Both the position numbers and the translations under genes were made by a program. Under the pieces are notes generated by a model, which ran no database searches, was not told where the DNA came from, and saw nothing but the letters and a program-made list of their open reading frames with translations. A stretch of 62,447 nt of DNA, filler included, from Candidatus Omnitrophota bacterium (GTDB lineage Bacteria > Omnitrophota > Gorgyraeia > Zapsychrales > JBDRMG01): the NCBI GenBank assembly GCA_043812495.1. It is 8 parts of 7 records of this genome, joined end to end, with 100 filler letters (N's around TTAATTAATTAA, not from the genome) between each part and the next. Parts side by side here need not be neighbours in the genome. Positions count along the whole stretch, not along the records: positions 48,738 to 56,387 come from JBDRMG010000018.1; positions 56,488 to 62,447 come from JBDRMG010000023.1; 6 more parts are not named here. One strand, given 5' to 3'. Positions within the stretch are counted from its first letter, which is position 1; every line of letters starts with the position of its first letter. Below, one piece after another: positions 53,014 through 62,447 of this stretch.

Positions 53014-53955
53014 CTATTGTTTTAAATCGCGCAAGCGTTGAATGTGCGCCTGAGAGGGAGAAATAAGGGCGGGGTGCTGCTCTACGCGGACTTCTCCTGC
53101 TTTTGGTTTATTGGCCGCGGCGTCTTGATCGGTCTCTTGTTCATCCACATTCATCAATGTTCCTCTTAAACGGATGCGGGTTGTCCCCGCAATGGGAGAC
53201 ACATCGAGAGCATCTTCTTTTTTATCTTCGGGCTTCGGCTCAAGACTCGCGAAAGGCACAATGACTCCTTCCTGCCGTTCGATATCAGGTTTTGCGTTTA
53301 CTAGCGGCCCCGATGTGGATGACGCATAATAACTGGACCGGACGATATCCTCTAATTGCGTCGCCAATTTATCCTGATCCATGCCGCGTAATTTTGTAAT
53401 GATCTCAAGAACCATGGGACGCTGATCATCCATAAAATAAGCCAGGCCGAGACCAAAATAGGCATAGGGTATTTTGAGCCGATCCAGAATCTTATTAAAA
53501 TAATAGATGGCCTTCTGGGGTTCTTGCTTGCCTAATAAATACGTCCACGCGAGCGACAATTGAGCGCTTCCGTCCTGCGGATTGACGGTTAAGGCCTTTT
53601 GACAAACGTCTATGGCCTCATCGAACCTCCCTAACCCATAATAGGCTCTTGCCAAATTTACATAGGCCTCCGTATTCTTCGGGTCAATATCCATAGCCGC
53701 TTTAAAATACCAAGCCACCTCCGCAAGATCCATGTGAGTTTCTTTGTAGGCCAGGCCTAATTTATTAAAGGCTTCAGCGTTGTTGGGATCTAACTCTATG
53801 GCCTTTTCGTAATATTCAATGGCCTTTGAGTAGTTTCCCTGACTGAAAAATTGCTCTCCCTTTTGGAAGACAGAATCCGTCGATTCAGCCAGCCCAAGAG
53901 AAGCGGTGCTCAATAAAAAAACAGCGATGAAATAAAAGCAAACTATTCTTTTCAT
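53014..53955 (-). CDS. Secreted TPR protein
   Basis: Signal peptide; KAIEYYEKAIELDPNNAEAFNKLG-type TPRs. Confidence 0.88.
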   Translation of the reverse strand: MKRIVCFYFIAVFLLSTASLGLAESTDSVFQKGEQFFSQGNYSKAIEYYEKAIELDPNNAEAFNKLGLAYKETHMDLAEVAWYFKAAMDIDPKNTEAYVNLARAYYGLGRFDEAIDVCQKALTVNPQDGSAQLSLAWTYLLGKQEPQKAIYYFNKILDRLKIPYAYFGLGLAYFMDDQRPMVLEIITKLRGMDQDKLATQLEDIVRSSYYASSTSGPLVNAKPDIERQEGVIVPFASLEPKPEDKKEDALDVSPIAGTTRIRLRGTLMNVDEQETDQDAAANKPKAGEVRVEQHPALISPSQAHIQRLRDLKQ

Positions 53956-54875
53956 TCTGGCGCCTTCTTTTGCAGGATTCTCTCAAATATACTAGGCTTG
54001 ATTTCATGCTCCAGTTCGTCTTTGGAGGGCTTTTTTTCTTTAGATTCATTATCTTTTTTCGGCCGAAAACGCTCTGAGGTTTTCTGAGCCGGACCTTCTT
54101 TTCCATTCGTCATGGCGTCCCCTTGCACCTGTCCACCGCCTGCACCTTTAGATTTACCGGCACCACTTCCTTGACCAGGTCCGCCAGCTCCTCCTGCACT
54201 ACCAGATGCATCACCGGTACCCCCAGCTCCAGATCCTCCCATGCCACCGGCGCTTCCCTGATCGCCTGATTGAGTCATGTCTTCTGTAGAAATTTCTTGC
54301 GTGATATTCTGAATTTCGGATGCGGAGAAAGCTCCAACGATAACTTTCTTGACGGCCAGCGTAACCGCAACTTCTTCGGCACTTGCCCGTTTAGGGTTGA
54401 TATTGACCTGGGTAATTTTCAGAAGCGTCGGGGACGTATCGATGAGGTACATGAATCGCGTAACATTCTCTAACGTTCCGTCACATTCAAGATTGGCATA
54501 ATACTCCACATATCCTCGTTTTTGACGGGAATCCGACGGATTAACTTTAATCAGGTTCACTTTCGCCTCACTCGCTAGTATTTCAATATCTTTGAGAAAG
54601 GCGGCAATGATTTCTTCTTCCGTTTTTTGGCCCGCTGAATAATAGATAGAAAAATCCATATTTTCTTTTATGATCTTATCTTTATACAAAAGAAAGCGTA
54701 AATCGCGCTTGATGACATTTTTCTGTTCTTCGATCTCATCTTCCAGGCTCGATAAGCGAGATAAAGCCGGCCCGAGAAAAAGGCGGTCAAAGAAGGCTAC
54801 AAGCACAAAGGCCATCGCCAGATAAAAGATTTTTTTCTCTTGCGGCGTAAGTTTTCCTAGAAATTTCTGAATCAA
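53952..54875 (-). CDS. pilO: Type IV pilus PilO-like protein with Gly-rich tail
   Basis: KLTPQEKK + TM, LECDGTLENVTRFMYLI; follows pilM/N. Confidence 0.7.
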   Translation of the reverse strand: MIQKFLGKLTPQEKKIFYLAMAFVLVAFFDRLFLGPALSRLSSLEDEIEEQKNVIKRDLRFLLYKDKIIKENMDFSIYYSAGQKTEEEIIAAFLKDIEILASEAKVNLIKVNPSDSRQKRGYVEYYANLECDGTLENVTRFMYLIDTSPTLLKITQVNINPKRASAEEVAVTLAVKKVIVGAFSASEIQNITQEISTEDMTQSGDQGSAGGMGGSGAGGTGDASGSAGGAGGPGQGSGAGKSKGAGGGQVQGDAMTNGKEGPAQKTSERFRPKKDNESKEKKPSKDELEHEIKPSIFERILQKKAPE

Positions 54876-54908
54876 GAATCACTCCCGGTCATGTTGGTTG
54901 TTCGCTTC

Positions 54909-56387
54909 TTACTCCCCTAAAGGGACCTCTTCGCTTTCAGGTTCATCTTTGGCGCTTTCCAGCTTAAGGGACAACTCAAAACTAGCGACGTCCTTGCCGC
55001 GCTCTTTTTTGGCTATCGTTGATGTTGTTTTGACGCTTTTAAACATTTCCGTTTCTTCCAGATCTGTCACTAAAGAAAATACGCGGGACATGGATTCGGA
55101 GATACCTTGAAGGGTAATCGTGCCCTGTTCGTCGATCGAGACGCTGTTCAGATAAATTTCATCCGGAACGATGCGATAAAGCTCGTCCAAAACGTTCAGG
55201 CCAATTAAACGGCTATTGAGATAATCTTTGATAATACGCGTCTTGGAGGCCACTTGCTCGAGAGACTGCGCTTCTTGCCTTTTGTCTACGTGGCTTTTGT
55301 TTAAATAGTCTAAGGTCATTCCCCGAAAATTGATTTTGCTCAAAAACATAAAACAGACAAATGCCAAAATAAGGCCACTGAAGGTGCAAAACTTTATGAC
55401 CTCACGCCCTTGCTGTTCAATGGCTTTCTGCATTCTGACTTCTTCGGGCGTAAAATCCATGCGGCAATCTTTCATAGAAAGCAAAGGCGAAATGACGTCC
55501 ACAAATGATTCTCCGCCTGATTCCCGAATGATTTTCTTGGTCATCTGATTGACCTTGATATTATCCAGATAGGGAACAATTTTCACATTCGCTTTGAGTT
55601 CTTTCTGCAGAATCGGTTGTAATTCCTTGGCCTGGTCCGTATCATCAGTCAAGATATAGCTGTCCGGCATCTTTTCGATATCCTCATTCTGATAGGATTC
55701 GATTGACTTTTTCAGCTCAGCGACGAATTTGTCATAACCCGTCGGGCCCTCTTCGATCATCTGTTTGCTTCCTAAAGGAATATTGCGACAGGCCACGACT
55801 TTCCCGTTAAGACAAACGGTGAAATCCGTCGAAGTAGATCCGATATCCACAATACCGGCCGGAGTGTTCGCGGCGGATAGCCCCTGGACCTTCGAATAAA
55901 AATGAGAAATGCTCTCAGGAGCAAAAAGCACTTTATCCAAACTCAATCCCGCCTCTTGGGTCACGGTGAACTGCTTTTTGATGATATTTCGATTGACGAT
56001 CACCATGAGAAGTTTGCTGTAATTTTTTTGGTAAACGCCGATATTGATATAATCTATGATGATTTCTTCGCGAGAGTACGGGGTATGGCGGCCTGCCTGC
56101 AGATTGGTAATCGATTTAATTTCTTCGGGATCAACGGAAGGAATCTCGATATTCTTGGTCGTGGTCACATTGGAGGGAATCACGCACAAGGCAAGCGGCT
56201 TTTTTACGTTAAAATCATTTAAAACGGACTTAATGATCGTCGGGAGTTCCTCCGGCGAAATCCCCCGGATATCGCGCTTGGCAATATGAACGACTTCCTT
56301 GGATGACGCAGACATCCTCAAATGGGCCATTTTAATTGTTTCCTCATTGAGCCCAATGGAAATAAAATTTTGATCTTTCTTAAAAAT
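54909..56387 (-). CDS. pilM: PilM-PilN fusion, 5'-partial
   Basis: Actin-like GIVDIGSTST, then TM and PilN-like PDEIYLNSV..ITLQG. Confidence 0.8.
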   Translation of the reverse strand: MFKKDQNFISIGLNEETIKMAHLRMSASSKEVVHIAKRDIRGISPEELPTIIKSVLNDFNVKKPLALCVIPSNVTTTKNIEIPSVDPEEIKSITNLQAGRHTPYSREEIIIDYINIGVYQKNYSKLLMVIVNRNIIKKQFTVTQEAGLSLDKVLFAPESISHFYSKVQGLSAANTPAGIVDIGSTSTDFTVCLNGKVVACRNIPLGSKQMIEEGPTGYDKFVAELKKSIESYQNEDIEKMPDSYILTDDTDQAKELQPILQKELKANVKIVPYLDNIKVNQMTKKIIRESGGESFVDVISPLLSMKDCRMDFTPEEVRMQKAIEQQGREVIKFCTFSGLILAFVCFMFLSKINFRGMTLDYLNKSHVDKRQEAQSLEQVASKTRIIKDYLNSRLIGLNVLDELYRIVPDEIYLNSVSIDEQGTITLQGISESMSRVFSLVTDLEETEMFKSVKTTSTIAKKERGKDVASFELSLKLESAKDEPESEEVPLGE

Positions 56388-56669
56388 NNNNNNNNNNNNN
56401 NNNNNNNNNNNNNNNNNNNNNNNNNNNNNNNTTAATTAATTAANNNNNNNNNNNNNNNNNNNNNNNNNNNNNNNNNNNNNNNNNNNNCTTACAAATTAAC
56501 AGTTTTTTTGGTCTTTGGAGCTTTTTTCTTATTTTGTCTCACTTAATGTTACAATCTTTCTCCAAGGCATAAGGCTTGTTTTTTTGTTGTATGCCCCGAG
56601 CAAAAATGTTACAATAGAAACACTTTCCGCAAGGGTTAGTGCGCGGAAAATGAATCAAGGTGAAATTGA

Positions 56670-57233
56670 GTGGACGTTGTTTCCAAAAGCACTCTTAGAG
56701 AAAAAATCCTTAATTTACTGAAAAGTCAAAAAGAGGAGGATAAACTAAGGAAAAGCAAGATCATTCAAGACAAGCTTTTTGCGGCACCTGAATTTCAGAA
56801 AGCACAGGTTGTCTTGTTTTATGCATCATTTAATGGAGAAGTGGATACGTTTGATATGATGAAGCAAGCAAAAAAAATCGGAAAACAAATAGCCCTACCA
56901 ACAATCATAAAAGACCAAAAAAGAATCGTTCCTTCCTTCGTCGAGGACCTTGATGCAGAGTTGACGGACGGGCCTTACGGGATTAAGCAGCCCAAACAAG
57001 AATATCTCAGACCCGTTGATTGTCAAAAGATTGACCTGGTCCTTGTGCCGGGTGTTGCCTTTGACAAATACAATAACCGCCTGGGGCGCGGGGGCGGATA
57101 CTACGATCGATTTCTTGAGGAGCTCTCTTGTGAAAAGCCCCGTTTTGGTCTTGCCTTTGATTTCCAAGTTTTAGATCGCTTGCCTCATCCTGAAGAACAC
57201 GACCAAACTGTTTCGCGTGTTCTGACCAACTGA
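56670..57233 (+). CDS. ygfA: 5-formyltetrahydrofolate cyclo-ligase
   Basis: KSTLRE, EVDT, YGIKQP, VPGVAFD..RLGRGGGYYDR. Confidence 0.93.
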   Translation: MDVVSKSTLREKILNLLKSQKEEDKLRKSKIIQDKLFAAPEFQKAQVVLFYASFNGEVDTFDMMKQAKKIGKQIALPTIIKDQKRIVPSFVEDLDAELTDGPYGIKQPKQEYLRPVDCQKIDLVLVPGVAFDKYNNRLGRGGGYYDRFLEELSCEKPRFGLAFDFQVLDRLPHPEEHDQTVSRVLTN

Positions 57234-57318
57234 TTCAAACCGTTTCTTCTTTCCACTTTCCAAAAGACGCTTTTTTCAGGTTGCCTTAAAGAGTTCCACC
57301 ATTTAAGGAGGAAGCCCT

Positions 57319-58881
57319 ATGTCTGACAATACCACAATTGCCATTATGGCCTTTGGTTTTCCGTTTTGTATCGTCTTTGGTTACTTTTTGAGCCGGTTCT
57401 TTGCGGATCGACGGCTCAAAGAAGCTCAGCACAAGACAAAAGAGCTCAGCGAAAATATCAAAAAAGAGATCGAAAGCCGTCGTAAAGAAGCCGATATCGC
57501 CGGCAAAGAGCTGATGATTAAGCTCAAGCAGGATTTTGAGAAGGAAACCAAAGACCGCCGCGAAGAGATCGCCGCGTCCGAAAAAAGAATCGTTCAAAAA
57601 GAGGAGAATCTCGAACGGCGCGCCGATCTTCTGGAGAAGAAAGAAAAAGACATTGAGGGAAGAATCAAGACCCTGCATGAGAGCGAAGAAAAGGTCAAAG
57701 GGAAAGATCAGGAACTGCTTAAGTTGATCGCCGAGGAAAAGCTGCGGTTGCAGAAAATGGCGTCTTTGACGCAGGAAGAAGCCAAGGCCCTTTTGCTCTC
57801 GCGGCTTGAGGAAGAAATCACGCATGAAAAAGCCACGATGATCAGAAAAATGGAAGATGAGATCAAAGAGACATCCGATAAAAAAGCCAAAGAAATTATT
57901 TCCACGGCCATTCAGCGCTGCGCGACCGATCACGCCGCTGAGACCACAATCAGTGTCGTGCCTTTGCCTAACGATGAAATGAAGGGACGCATCATCGGCC
58001 GCGAGGGACGTAATATTCGCGCCCTCGAAATGGCCACAGGCGTGGACATCATCATTGACGATACGCCAGAGGCGGTCACGATTTCCGGTTTTGATATGGT
58101 GCGCCGGGAAATCGCGCGCATTGCCCTTGAGAATTTGATTGCCGACGGACGCATCCATCCCGGACGCATTGAAGAGGTCGTTGAAAAGGCCAAGAAAGAA
58201 ATTGAATCGCGCATCAAGGAAGAAGGAGAGCGCGCGGCCTTTGATTTAGGAATACACGGGATGCATCCGGAACTTCTTAAGCTCATCGGAAAACTGAAAT
58301 TCAGAACAAGTTTCGGACAAAACGCCCTTCAGCACACCAAGGAAGTGGCCATGCTCATGGGCATTATGGCCACCCAATTGAAATTGGATGAGAAGATGGC
58401 CAGGCGTGCCGGACTTTTACATGATATCGGAAAAGTGGTTGGCCAGGAAACCGAAGGAACTCATGCCGTGATCGGTGCCAACTTGGCGCGCAAGTACGGC
58501 GAAATTCCCGAGGTGGTCAAAGCCATCGAAGCGCATCACGAAGAAGTTGAAACGAGCTCGGTTTACGGTGTTTTGGTTTGCGCGGCTGATGCAATCAGCG
58601 CCGCGCGGCCAGGCGCCCGCGCCGAAACGCTCGAAACCTATATCAAGAGACTCGAAGTCCTCGAGGGAATCGCCAATTCATTTAAGGGCGTTGATAAATC
58701 GTATGCCCTTCAGGCGGGCCGCGAGGTACGCATTATCGTGAATCCCGACAAAATCAACGACGACGAATCAGTCGTCATGGCGCGGGATATCCGCAAGAAG
58801 GTCGAGCAAGGCATGGAATATCCGGGCCAGATCAAAGTGATTGTGATTCGGGAAAAGCGCGCGGTGGAGTACGCGAAGTAA
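57319..58881 (+). CDS. rny: Ribonuclease Y
   Basis: TM + coiled coil, KH ([13 protein letters not shown]), HD (LLHDIGK), QAGREVR. Confidence 0.97.
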   Translation: MSDNTTIAIMAFGFPFCIVFGYFLSRFFADRRLKEAQHKTKELSENIKKEIESRRKEADIAGKELMIKLKQDFEKETKDRREEIAASEKRIVQKEENLERRADLLEKKEKDIEGRIKTLHESEEKVKGKDQELLKLIAEEKLRLQKMASLTQEEAKALLLSRLEEEITHEKATMIRKMEDEIKETSDKKAKEIISTAIQRCATDHAAETTISVVPLPNDEMKGRIIGREGRNIRALEMATGVDIIIDDTPEAVTISGFDMVRREIARIALENLIADGRIHPGRIEEVVEKAKKEIESRIKEEGERAAFDLGIHGMHPELLKLIGKLKFRTSFGQNALQHTKEVAMLMGIMATQLKLDEKMARRAGLLHDIGKVVGQETEGTHAVIGANLARKYGEIPEVVKAIEAHHEEVETSSVYGVLVCAADAISAARPGARAETLETYIKRLEVLEGIANSFKGVDKSYALQAGREVRIIVNPDKINDDESVVMARDIRKKVEQGMEYPGQIKVIVIREKRAVEYAK

Positions 58882-58882
58882 A

Positions 58883-58942
58883 AGTCACCAGGTCACCAGT
58901 CACAAGGTCACATGTGACTTTGTGACATGCGAACTTGTGACT
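58883..58942. repeat. GTCAC(C/A)A heptamer inverted repeat
   Basis: Four GTCAC units followed by three TGTGAC units. Confidence 0.7.
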
Positions 58943-58964
58943 TAAGGTTGCAGAAAGACTTCTT

Positions 58965-59777
58965 ATGAATATTTTATGTATCGGTGATATTGTTGGGCGG
59001 CCGGGACGTGAGGCCATTAAGAAATTGCTGCCGGAGCTCATCAAAGAACTTACCCTTGATTTGGTTGTGGCCAACGCGGAAAATTCCGCGGGCGGCTCCG
59101 GAATTACACCCCGCATCGCCGATGAACTTTTTGCCATCGGCTGTGATGTCCTGACGCTCGGCGACCATGCCTGGGATCGGCCGGAATTATCGGATTACTT
59201 AAAAGAAAATGACCGTATTATCCGTCCGGCCAACTTCCCCGAAGACACAACGCCGGGTCACGGATGGTGTATGGCCCAAACACGCCAGGGTCAAAAGGTC
59301 GGCATAATAAATCTTTTAGGCCGCGTTTTTATACGGTATAATGTCAATTGTCCGTTTAGGGCTTTAGAAAAAATCACCAAAGAATTAAAACAAACAACGC
59401 CGATTCTGATTGCGGATTTCCATGCAGAGGCCACGAGCGAGAAAATCGCCCTGGGACATTTCATCGACGGACAGATTTCGGCTTTGGTCGGAAGCCATAC
59501 CCATGTGGCCACAGCCGACGAAAAGATTCTCCCCAAGGGTACGGCCTACATCACGGATTTAGGCATGACAGGCCCGCATGATTCGGTGATCGGGCAGAAC
59601 AAAGAACAAATCATTAAACGATTTATTACCTGCATGCCGTCTCGCTTTGAGGTGGCAACCGACGATGTTCAGTTGAACGGTGTGATTATAGAGATTGACG
59701 AGAAAACGGGGAAAGCCAAAACGATTTCACGTATTCAAAGGTCCATTGAGGGCGCAAATTACGGAAAACCATCCTGA
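58965..59777 (+). CDS. ymdB: TIGR00282/YmdB metallophosphoesterase
   Basis: GDIVGRPG, NAEN, RPANFP, DFHAEATSEK, GSHTHV, TDLGMTG. Confidence 0.93.
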   Translation: MNILCIGDIVGRPGREAIKKLLPELIKELTLDLVVANAENSAGGSGITPRIADELFAIGCDVLTLGDHAWDRPELSDYLKENDRIIRPANFPEDTTPGHGWCMAQTRQGQKVGIINLLGRVFIRYNVNCPFRALEKITKELKQTTPILIADFHAEATSEKIALGHFIDGQISALVGSHTHVATADEKILPKGTAYITDLGMTGPHDSVIGQNKEQIIKRFITCMPSRFEVATDDVQLNGVIIEIDEKTGKAKTISRIQRSIEGANYGKPS

Positions 59778-59819
59778 CAGCAGACAGGAAATGAACGTAA
59801 TTTGTGTGCCCGAAATGGA

Positions 59820-59995
59820 CCCCCCACCACTTTTTAGAGACAACCATGGAATCAAAAGTGGTGGGGATACAAGGGAAAAACGTTTTATTTAACAACAACG
59901 CCTTATTGCTAAAAGTGGTGGGGAGCTGAATTCGCGCAGTGACTTATGTCGCCCACTAACAAAGCATGAACGGACTCCATAAGTCACGCACTCAT
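59820..59995 (+). repeat. Hairpin-GAATTC-hairpin-TCAT element
   Basis: AAAAGTGGTGGGG arms; GTGACTTATG..CATAAGTCAC stem; TCAT before the RBS. Confidence 0.7.
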
Positions 59996-60012
59996 TCAAA
60001 AAGGAGATTATT

Positions 60013-60402
60013 ATGAACGCTTGGGATGGGATGAACCGAAGAAAATTTCCGCGCGCCAATTATCCTTGTCTTGTGATTATCCGCCATTCGCACGCAGGCC
60101 CCGAGGCCTTGCTGACGCATACGGAAAATATCGGTATCGGAGGCGTGTGTGTTATCTTGAAAAGAAATTTAAAACTTTTTATGCCGGTTGAGCTCGAAAT
60201 TGATTTGTTGGATACGACCACGCACATCAAATGCGAAGGTAAGGTTGTCTGGTCCGTGAAACGCAGCAGTGCCGAAGAAAAGAAGCCGTCTTTTTATGAT
60301 ACGGGAATCGAATTCGGCGATATCCCCGAAGTGGATGAAGAGCGTGTTCAGGATGTCGTTGATCGCCTCATGAAGCAAGAAAAAAAATCAGATCAAGACT
60401 AA
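60013..60402 (+). CDS. PilZ-domain protein
   Basis: RRKFPR and NIGIGG c-di-GMP motifs, GKVVW, GIEF. Confidence 0.88.
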   Translation: MNAWDGMNRRKFPRANYPCLVIIRHSHAGPEALLTHTENIGIGGVCVILKRNLKLFMPVELEIDLLDTTTHIKCEGKVVWSVKRSSAEEKKPSFYDTGIEFGDIPEVDEERVQDVVDRLMKQEKKSDQD

Positions 60403-60531
60403 CGTCCATGAAACCAACGCAGCCGTGCGCGTTCACGCGAAGAACGAAAATATTATTCTCCTCTTTTCCCCTGCCCAGATGCAATAGAATGGACACCCGC
60501 AAGCCTATTCTGAACTTCAGGAACTCGACCT

Positions 60532-61884
60532 ATGATTAGGACAAGATTTGCGCCTAGCCCTACGGGATATCTTCATATCGGCGGGGCGCGAACAGCGCTT
60601 TTTAGCTGGATGTATGCGCGCTCGCAGAGTGGTCAATTTGTTCTGCGCATCGAGGACACAGACTTAGCCCGTTCCCAAAAAGAATATTTGGACGATATCC
60701 TTGAGAGCATGACATGGCTGGGACTTTCGTGGGATGAGCTTTATCATCAAAGCGAGCGTTTTGATATTTACAAAGAACATGCCCAGAAATTGCTGAAGGA
60801 GGATAAGGCCTATCAGGAAGGCGAGGCGATCCTTCTGAAGATATCCGGCAATCCCGCTACCGGCGGGATTGCCGAGACCTCGTCATCCGCCGGTCTTAGA
60901 GTCATCAAAAAAGCGGATGACGGGCCCCAGCATATTGTCAAATTCTTTGATCTAATTCACGGAGAGATTCACTTTGACACGGCCACGCTCAAAGATGAGG
61001 TCTTAATTAAATCCGACGGCTCTCCCACCTATAGCTTTGCCTGTGTTGTCGATGATGCTCTTATGGACATTTCCCACGTGATCCGCGGCGACGATCACAT
61101 CTCTAATACCCCAAAACAGATTATGATGTATGAGGCATTAGGTTTTAAAATTCCAAAGTTTGCCCATCTTCCCTTGATTATGGGCGATGACGGCGGCAGG
61201 CTTTCCAAGCGAACCGGAGCGGTTGCCCTAACAGATTATCGGGCGATGGGTTTTGTGTCCAAGGCCGTTGTGAATTATCTTATGCTTTTAGGATGGTCGC
61301 CCGGCAACAACCAAGAAATCATTGAGCTATCTTCGGCCGTCAAAAAATTTTCCATCAAAAAACTTAATAAAGCCAAGGCAGCCTTTTCTTTAGACAAATT
61401 AAAATGGGTCAACGCCCAGCATATCAAACAAATGGCAGCTCAAGACCTAACGGATCTTTTGATTCCATTCTTAAAAGAGAAAAACTATATCGGCGATGAT
61501 TTTGATAGAAAAAGGCTGGAAAGTATTGTAAAATTGTTTCAGTCGAGAATGGATACGCTTTTGGATTTCCTCGAAAGGGCTGATTTTGCCTTTGTCGATG
61601 ATTATGCCGTTAACCAAGAGGCCAAGGCAAAATATCTTTCGCAAGATCGATCTCAAGAGTTTGCTTTGCTATCCAAGAGGCTAAAAGACCTTAAGGAATT
61701 TAATGGGGCGTCAACGGAAAGAGCGTTTCGCGAGCTCGTCGAGGAACTAAATCTTCAGGCCGCGGAGCTTGTGCATCCTGTGCGCGTGGCTCTCTGTGGC
61801 AAAGATGTGGGGCCGGGCCTGTTTGAAACCATGGCGATTATCGGCAAAGAAAAAACCATTGAACGCTTAAATAAAGCTTTTTAA
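60532..61884 (+). CDS. gltX: Glutamate-tRNA ligase with palindromic in-frame insert
   Basis: RFAPSPTGYLHIGG, LRIEDTD, IRGDDHISNT, RLSKR. Confidence 0.96.
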   Translation: MIRTRFAPSPTGYLHIGGARTALFSWMYARSQSGQFVLRIEDTDLARSQKEYLDDILESMTWLGLSWDELYHQSERFDIYKEHAQKLLKEDKAYQEGEAILLKISGNPATGGIAETSSSAGLRVIKKADDGPQHIVKFFDLIHGEIHFDTATLKDEVLIKSDGSPTYSFACVVDDALMDISHVIRGDDHISNTPKQIMMYEALGFKIPKFAHLPLIMGDDGGRLSKRTGAVALTDYRAMGFVSKAVVNYLMLLGWSPGNNQEIIELSSAVKKFSIKKLNKAKAAFSLDKLKWVNAQHIKQMAAQDLTDLLIPFLKEKNYIGDDFDRKRLESIVKLFQSRMDTLLDFLERADFAFVDDYAVNQEAKAKYLSQDRSQEFALLSKRLKDLKEFNGASTERAFRELVEELNLQAAELVHPVRVALCGKDVGPGLFETMAIIGKEKTIERLNKAF

Positions 61885-61916
61885 TTAAGGAGATAGTAAA
61901 ATTTTAATTTGCTATG

Positions 61917-61987
61917 CCCCTCGTCCGCTACAACCGTTGGCGGACTCGGGGTCAATTCGCCCGCCACTGATTCAATGGCGGGCTCAT
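61917..61987 (+). repeat. Hairpin-CAATTC-hairpin-TCAT element
   Basis: Same layout as 39477-39547. Confidence 0.75.
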
Positions 61988-62006
61988 CGAAGAGAAAGGG
62001 GATTCA

Positions 62007-62162
62007 TTGAAACCTCAAGCAGTTATTATAATCCTTTTGCTGATCACCGGAGGCTTTGTTTTATCTGGCTGTGAGACGATGAAAGGTCTTAAACAGGATA
62101 TCAAGAATACCTGGAACAATGCGTCCACGGCAAGTGATAAATTCCAAGAAAAGTGGTGGTAA
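62007..62162 (+). CDS. Entericidin EcnA/B-like small lipoprotein (51 aa; not in ORF track)
   Basis: AAAGGGG SD, TTG start; MKPQAVIIILLLITGGFVLSGCETMKGLKQDI..KWW*. Confidence 0.75.
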   Translation: MKPQAVIIILLLITGGFVLSGCETMKGLKQDIKNTWNNASTASDKFQEKWW

Positions 62163-62210
62163 TCGTTTAAGCTGATCGATTATTTCTTGCGTTCATTGCT
62201 GATTCGTCCA

Positions 62211-62307
62211 TTATTGACTTTTTCTTTATTAAAGGAACGGTGGAAGTCAATATAAGGTCTTCTTTCTCGTATAGAGAAAATATTATTGACTGTTCCATTA
62301 ATAAGGA
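62211..62307. repeat. ~109-bp element, copy 4 (reverse, 3'-truncated)
   Basis: Cut at 62307 by the 139-bp repeat. Confidence 0.85.
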
Positions 62308-62445
62308 CAGGACTTTGTTAATTTTTGAGCCGTTCTTTAAACCTTTGTGATTTAATCTTGAGGATTTCAGCCGCTTTAGGGTTCTTTGATAACAAGCAAG
62401 TAGAGTCGATGATGATAAGAGACGCGACAGCTTCTTTACATTGTC
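62307..62445. repeat. 139-bp repeat, second copy
   Basis: Reverse complement of 43886-44024. Confidence 0.7.
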
Positions 62446-62447
62446 CG

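Noticed and set aside
56560..56669. 6S RNA expected upstream of ygfA
   Set aside because: Region is short, AT-rich and preceded by an IS-like end; no 6S-like rod seen
57286..58158. 290-aa - strand ORF
   Set aside because: Antisense shadow of rny; no motifs

Overview
Eight assembly contigs joined by artificial N-TTAATTAATTAA-N linkers (gaps at about 5906-6005, 28583-28682, 31139-31238, 43786-43885, 46022-46121, 48638-48737, 56388-56487), so adjacency across gaps is not biological. A giant gene, a PEP-CTERM/EPS export locus, a PilM-PilN fusion, an STT3 and a heavy load of intergenic palindromes suggest a Candidatus Omnitrophota-like bacterial MAG (inference). Contents: (1) a sigma54-type promoter, MerR-like HTH gene and Wza/Wzz/ExeA/tyrosine-kinase operon; (2) a >22.5 kb ORF (>7,500 aa, open at both contig ends) built of cargo domains (M48, two M50, two HExxH zincins, JAB, SecA-like, radical SAM, 12 Xre-HTH, ~120-aa repeats) joined by re-used transmembrane linkers; (3) a nucleotidyltransferase gene pair, rubrerythrin, msrB remnant and IS remnants; (4) riboflavin/nusB/fab genes, tRNA-Pro and IS630; (5-8) rplS-trmD-tgt, PEP-CTERM genes, serine protease, STT3, pil genes, ygfA-rny-ymdB, PilZ, gltX. 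Most notable: the giant ORF contains two paralogous out-of-frame small genes with their own Shine-Dalgarno sites and a clear synonymous-substitution signature (17 synonymous vs 1 non-synonymous over 52 codons). Hairpin elements are also inserted in-frame into gltX and the giant gene, and into the D- and T-loops of a duplicated tRNA-Pro.
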